The position numbers and the translations under genes were made by a program. Positions 60,379-64,000 of a stretch of 64,000 nucleotides of DNA are shown here, in pieces; the stretch's first letter is position 1, and each line of letters opens with the position of its first letter. The notes beneath the pieces were generated by a model. It was not told the DNA's origin and made no database searches. It worked only from the letters and a program-made list of their open reading frames with translations. Source of the DNA: an uncultured delta proteobacterium (GTDB taxonomy: Bacteria > Desulfobacterota > Desulfobacteria > Desulfobacterales > JAFDCJ01); the NCBI GenBank assembly GCA_963769935.1, contig CAVYNY010000010.1, positions 761,487-825,486 of the forward strand, read 5' to 3'.

Positions 60379-60569
60379 AAGGGCTCATGGGGGTCGGCAA
60401 AAATTATGAGGTCCTGGTTTCAAAACGAGTCCGAACCGAACAGAATTTTCTTGGCCACATCCTAACGCTGATAGATCGACCTATTTTTAAACCTGCCAAG
60501 CAAACATATTGGCCGGATAAAGCGAATTTAGAATGGCATCGCACGAAAAAATTTGGCTTGAGAGCTTAG
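60375..60569 (+). pseudogene. C-terminal fragment of an HNH-type putative restriction endonuclease
   Basis: DEGLMGVGKNYEVLVS...WPDKANLEWHR; the N-terminus and HNH core are missing. Confidence 0.6.
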
Positions 60570-60581
60570 TCAATTGATACC

Positions 60582-61154
60582 ATGTCGGACTACTACCAGC
60601 AAAATTTTAGAACCTATCATGAAAAAACATTTTTCGTGGATTCGGCCAGGTTTTTAACGCCTTTTGCTGAAAACCTGAAACCCGGAGCAACGATCCTTGA
60701 TATCGGATGTGGCTCCGGCCGGGACTTGCTCTGGTTAAAAAAGCGCGGCTTCAAAGTCATCGGATTTGAGAAGTCCCCAGGGCTGGCCGGTCTTGCCAGA
60801 AGAAACGCGGGCTGTGAAATTATTGAAGGCGATTTTGAAATCTTCGACTTTTCCGAAATACGGACAGATGCGATTCTATTTTCTGGATCACTGGTTCATA
60901 TTGAGCACGACAGGCTTTCGAACCTGATAAAAAAAATTGCAAATCAGACACATGCCTCGGTAATATACCTTTCGCTTAAAGAGGGAGCCGGAGCTAAATC
61001 GGCTGCGGATGGCCGAACATTTTATCTGTGGGATGATAAGGCGTTAAAACAGCTGTTTAGAGGGCTTGGATTTAAAGTTATTGATTCATCAAAAAGTGTC
61101 TCGATAGTTAATCCAAAAGATATCTGGCTGGGGTATGTGCTGGATAATTTTTAG
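60582..61154 (+). CDS. Class I SAM-dependent methyltransferase
   Basis: ILDIGCGSGRD, SLVH, YLSLKEG..DGRTF. Confidence 0.9.
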   Translation: MSDYYQQNFRTYHEKTFFVDSARFLTPFAENLKPGATILDIGCGSGRDLLWLKKRGFKVIGFEKSPGLAGLARRNAGCEIIEGDFEIFDFSEIRTDAILFSGSLVHIEHDRLSNLIKKIANQTHASVIYLSLKEGAGAKSAADGRTFYLWDDKALKQLFRGLGFKVIDSSKSVSIVNPKDIWLGYVLDNF

Positions 61155-61175
61155 CATCCATTGGATAAGAATGAT

Positions 61176-61472
61176 GATGATTTCATGTTTGAACCAAAAA
61201 GGAACACGATTCTTTAAGATCACAAATTGGGATCTTAAAAAGGGGGCATCATTCGAAATATCCTCCGTTCGCCTTCACTGAGCAAGGCGAAGTGAGGCTT
61301 TCGTTTAACAACAACGGACAACTAACAATCAGCCATTGACGGCGGAGCCCAAAAAAATCGGCTACCTAAAAGAAGGCCAAACCAAATACGGCATGCGTAG
61401 TCGTAAAAATTGAAAAAAACAAAGGGAAGCTTTGGAGGCTGGATGTAATGAGGTCAACGTTAGTCAACTCAG
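61176..61472 (+). repeat. ORF6N fragment plus spacer unit, copy 2
   Basis: DDFMFE / KEHDSLRSQIGILKRGHHSKYPPFAFTEQG, followed by the unit shared with 59380-59554. Confidence 0.85.
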
Positions 61473-61518
61473 CAACGACATCCCCGAATTTCTCTAATTG
61501 TTAATTGACGGAGGCAAT

Positions 61519-62661
61519 ATGGGTGCCATTAAAGGACCCCAAAAGGCAAAAGTGTTTATTTCATCACTCAATTCGTACAAACTTCCGAGCGGAAAGACGC
61601 TGTCAGAGGTGCGCCGAAAACTGGCTGTGCAAATCGAGACGCAATTTCCTTTTCTGTCCGCAGAGATCAATGAAGATTGGTCCGCAATGGGTGCGGCAGA
61701 TCCACGACGGACGACACAAGTCAAATCCCGGCAATGTCACCTTTTTATTGGCATTCTGGTGGATGATTACGGGTTTATCGAGAATACCGGACTATCGGCC
61801 ACACAAATTGAGTTCGATGCCGCTATTGAAGACAGCCGTGAAAAAATGCTCGTCTTCATGCAAAAAAACTTGCAAGATCCAATAGTATTGTCGAGACAGC
61901 CTGAACCCTACCAGCAACTGATTTCATCGCTTAAGGATTATCGCGGAGGTAAAATCGTCAATTGGTTTGATTCTGAAGAAGAATTGGTAACTCTGGTACT
62001 TGATTCCGTTGAACTATTCTGTGCGCAAACCCTGAGGGCCATTCGCCAATTTCCTGCCTATGCAAGCGACAAAACCCGCAGGGAAACAGAATGGGAATTG
62101 ATGACGTTCACAGAACGCCATGAAGCAATGATGGCAACATTTCGCACGGAGGCTGAAAAAATCAAGCTGATGGATACACGAATACTGGGAATGATTTTTA
62201 AGGCAGTCAACCAGCCTGCAGACCAATATTCGCTGCGCATTCGATCAAACAAAAAATCGATATATATCCCGGTCCTTTTCAGTGCCTGCCCGGATAGATT
62301 TTCTTATTCCGACGCTGCCCGCTATGTGGGGTATCCTTTCCGCAGCTGCGTCGAAAACTGGAAACTGGCTTACGGCCCGCTCCACATTGTTGCAGTAGCC
62401 AGATCTATCACGGACACCCAGGTCCGCCGCCATCTTGGGAACCCCGACATACATGTTTCCAGGGAAGCATGGGGCTTTTTCGCGGCTGACCCGGAACGTT
62501 TTATTCAGGTGGGATATCTAACGCAGTGTCTAAGTCCGCCACGGCTCATCAGGCGAGTACGTGAGTTCTTTACGTGGCTGGACTTTTACGAGCAAATTGA
62601 CCAACTCATTCAACGCGCAAAGGTTCGGGGAAAAATTTTAAAGGCCAGACCTGCTCAGTAA
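61519..62661 (+). CDS. DUF4062 (TIR/NDT-like) domain protein with uncharacterised C-terminal domain
   Basis: KVFISS...LSEVRR, CHLFIGILVDDYG, GLSATQIEFDAA; RBS GGAGG before ATG 61519. Confidence 0.8.
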   Translation: MGAIKGPQKAKVFISSLNSYKLPSGKTLSEVRRKLAVQIETQFPFLSAEINEDWSAMGAADPRRTTQVKSRQCHLFIGILVDDYGFIENTGLSATQIEFDAAIEDSREKMLVFMQKNLQDPIVLSRQPEPYQQLISSLKDYRGGKIVNWFDSEEELVTLVLDSVELFCAQTLRAIRQFPAYASDKTRRETEWELMTFTERHEAMMATFRTEAEKIKLMDTRILGMIFKAVNQPADQYSLRIRSNKKSIYIPVLFSACPDRFSYSDAARYVGYPFRSCVENWKLAYGPLHIVAVARSITDTQVRRHLGNPDIHVSREAWGFFAADPERFIQVGYLTQCLSPPRLIRRVREFFTWLDFYEQIDQLIQRAKVRGKILKARPAQ

Positions 62662-62671
62662 AATCAGTAAA

Positions 62672-62722
62672 AAGGGTAACTTTGGAGGCTGAATGAAATA
62701 AGATCGGAGTTAGCCAACTCAG
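62672..62722 (+). repeat. Spacer tail, copy 3
   Basis: aagggtaactttggaggctgaatgaaataagatcggagttagccaactcag matches the tails at ~59503-59554 and ~61422-61472. Confidence 0.8.
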
Positions 62723-62756
62723 TCAAGACCGAGTTTCCCATTCTTAAAAATTTCCC

Positions 62757-62785
62757 TTGCGCAATTCGCGATTCGCGAATAGAAT
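62757..62785 (+). promoter_or_regulatory. Promoter with palindromic operator, probably leaderless
   Basis: TTGCGC-17-TAGAAT; the spacer contains ttcgcga-t-tcgcgaa; ATG 6 nt downstream. Confidence 0.65.
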
Positions 62786-62791
62786 AAGGCC

Positions 62792-63298
62792 ATGATACTA
62801 AAACCGCAAGATATCTTTATTATGTTAAAGCTGGTAGTCTGGAATCGCTCTGAGTGGTCTTATCCGGCTTTATCACATGAGCTGTCTATGAGTGCCTCGG
62901 AAGTGCATGCCGGCGTCAAGCGAGCAGCTGCTGCAAGACTAATGGACCTGGACCGAAAAATACCCATTAAGAGCAGCCTGCTCGAATTCTTAATACACGG
63001 TGTTAAATATGCCTACCCTCCCGATCGCGGTGGAATTACTCGGGGAATGCCAACGGGTTATGCTGCTCAGCCTCTAAGAGATCTTATCATGCAGCCCGAC
63101 GAGCCGCCGCCGGTCTGGCCCGACCCGGAAGGACAGGTGCGCGGCTATGAATTCTCCCCTCTATACAGCTCGGTTCCCCATGCCTGCAAGGTCGATCCAA
63201 AACTCTATGAATTGCTGGCGCTCGTAGATGCCATCCGTGATGGAAGGGCTCGTGAAAGAAAAATTGCTGTAGAAGAAGTTCAATCAAGAATTTCGTAG
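62792..63298 (+). CDS. HTH-containing putative antitoxin (AbiEi-like partner of a nucleotidyltransferase-like gene)
   Basis: MILKPQDI..LKL, HTH-like WSYPALSHELSMSASEV, EFLIHGVKY, RGMPT, LYELLALVDAIRDGRARE. Confidence 0.65.
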   Translation: MILKPQDIFIMLKLVVWNRSEWSYPALSHELSMSASEVHAGVKRAAAARLMDLDRKIPIKSSLLEFLIHGVKYAYPPDRGGITRGMPTGYAAQPLRDLIMQPDEPPPVWPDPEGQVRGYEFSPLYSSVPHACKVDPKLYELLALVDAIRDGRARERKIAVEEVQSRIS

Positions 63299-63307
63299 CA
63301 TAAAAAA

Positions 63308-63623
63308 ATGAAACAACACTCGATATTTTTTGGGGACGAAGCTCGACGCATTCTTCGGTCGCGGAAGAGGGGATTATCTCGCAAGCCATGATATGGAGGA
63401 CATTATCAACTTCATTAACGGACGAGCCGAGGTAATAGAGGATATCAAAAACTCAGAACCGGATTTAAAAGATTTTATCGTTAAATCATTACAGGGGTTT
63501 TTGGAGGACGAGTTCTTTCTGGAGGCCTTGCCGGGCCATCTACTGCCTGATCAGGCAAGCCAGGGGCGGCGATCTATCATCCTGGAGAGAATTAAAAAAA
63601 TTATTGAACTTGGCAGCGGTTAA
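63308..63623 (+). pseudogene. N-terminally deleted nucleotidyltransferase-like (AbiEii-like) partner
   Basis: YFLGTKLDAFFGRGRGDYLASHDMEDII resembles the C-terminal helical part only; the ATG at 63308 is out of frame. Confidence 0.55.
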
Positions 63624-63836
63624 AAAAGGATACGAGCTCAGGGAACGAAAGAGTTTCCTATATAGTGAAAGCGGAATTTTTTGTCTTTTCAGTGAGATCG
63701 TGAAAGGTTTAGGGTTATATGGCAAGAGGAGGATCAGAATTCAGAGGGATTTCTTAAAGTTGTTATTTTGATGCCAAAAACATTGATTTAAGCCGAAATA
63801 AGAGGCGTCTTTAAAGCTCATTTTTATTAATTACAG

Positions 63837-63863
63837 TCACATAGCCTGGTACGACCCCGGGCC
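63837..63863 (+). repeat. 27-bp direct repeat, copy 2
   Basis: tcacatagcctggtacgaccccgggcc. Confidence 0.8.
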
Positions 63864-63897
63864 TCGTCATCGACTCGGTAACCGGGCACATTGCTGG

Positions 63898-63984
63898 GTT
63901 GGTAATGCGCTGTCCTTGCCATTGGATAACTGTTCGGTAAACATCGTCGTATCGGGGCTTGTCTTGAATTTCATTCCGGAAGAA
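63898..63984 (+). pseudogene. Methyltransferase internal fragment
   Basis: VGNALSLPLDNCSVNIVVSGLVLNFIPE; no N-terminus upstream. Confidence 0.6.
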
Positions 63985-64000
63985 GATAAAAGAAATAAAC

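Noticed and set aside
59380..62722. Classical integron attC sites or CRISPR repeats
   Set aside because: The units lack clear RYYYAAC...GTTRRRY inverted ends, are kilobases apart, and no intI or cas gene is present.
63625..63830. Possible degenerate 3' end of a Y1/RAYT transposase before the 27-bp repeat
   Set aside because: The resemblance is too weak to support without an HMM search.

Overview
This is a 64-kb bacterial window, probably from a Desulfobacterota-like anaerobe; that is inferred from gene content and intergenic repeat style only. It has four parts. (1) 1-8.1 kb is an accessory block with many frameshifts. It holds a MalT-like STAND/TPR/wHTH/BTAD regulator followed by an 11-bp-period direct-repeat box, a HEXXH (DUF6639-like) gene, a truncated hydrolase-cupin-NmrA cluster and a TetR gene. 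(2) 8.2-43.4 kb is mostly intact housekeeping and metabolic genes: CoA-dehydratase activase, Fe-S/FAD D-lactate dehydrogenase, dapB, comEA, B12 radical SAM, djlA, RsbU-type phosphatase, haloalkane dehalogenase, MCP, acyl-CoA ligase, MFS and others. Many short-period and palindromic repeats lie between them, along with an unannotated 56-aa Cys-rich gene and an internally deleted P-type ATPase. (3) 43.6-55.2 kb holds a ComDE-like TPP decarboxylase and a coherent catabolic operon with no assigned substrate (TAT-exported peptide-family ABC transporter, choline-kinase-like enzyme, M20 hydrolase, RpiR regulator) that contains a MITE-like element. (4) 55.7-64 kb is a toxin-antitoxin/defence-like hotspot. 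Intact cargo genes (MazEF, VapBC-like pair, methyltransferase, DUF4062 protein) alternate with gene fragments and with repeated ORF6N-derived spacer units, suggesting a cassette-like array. I found no rRNA, tRNA, CRISPR array or intact integrase/transposase. All family assignments come from motif recognition by eye, not database searches.
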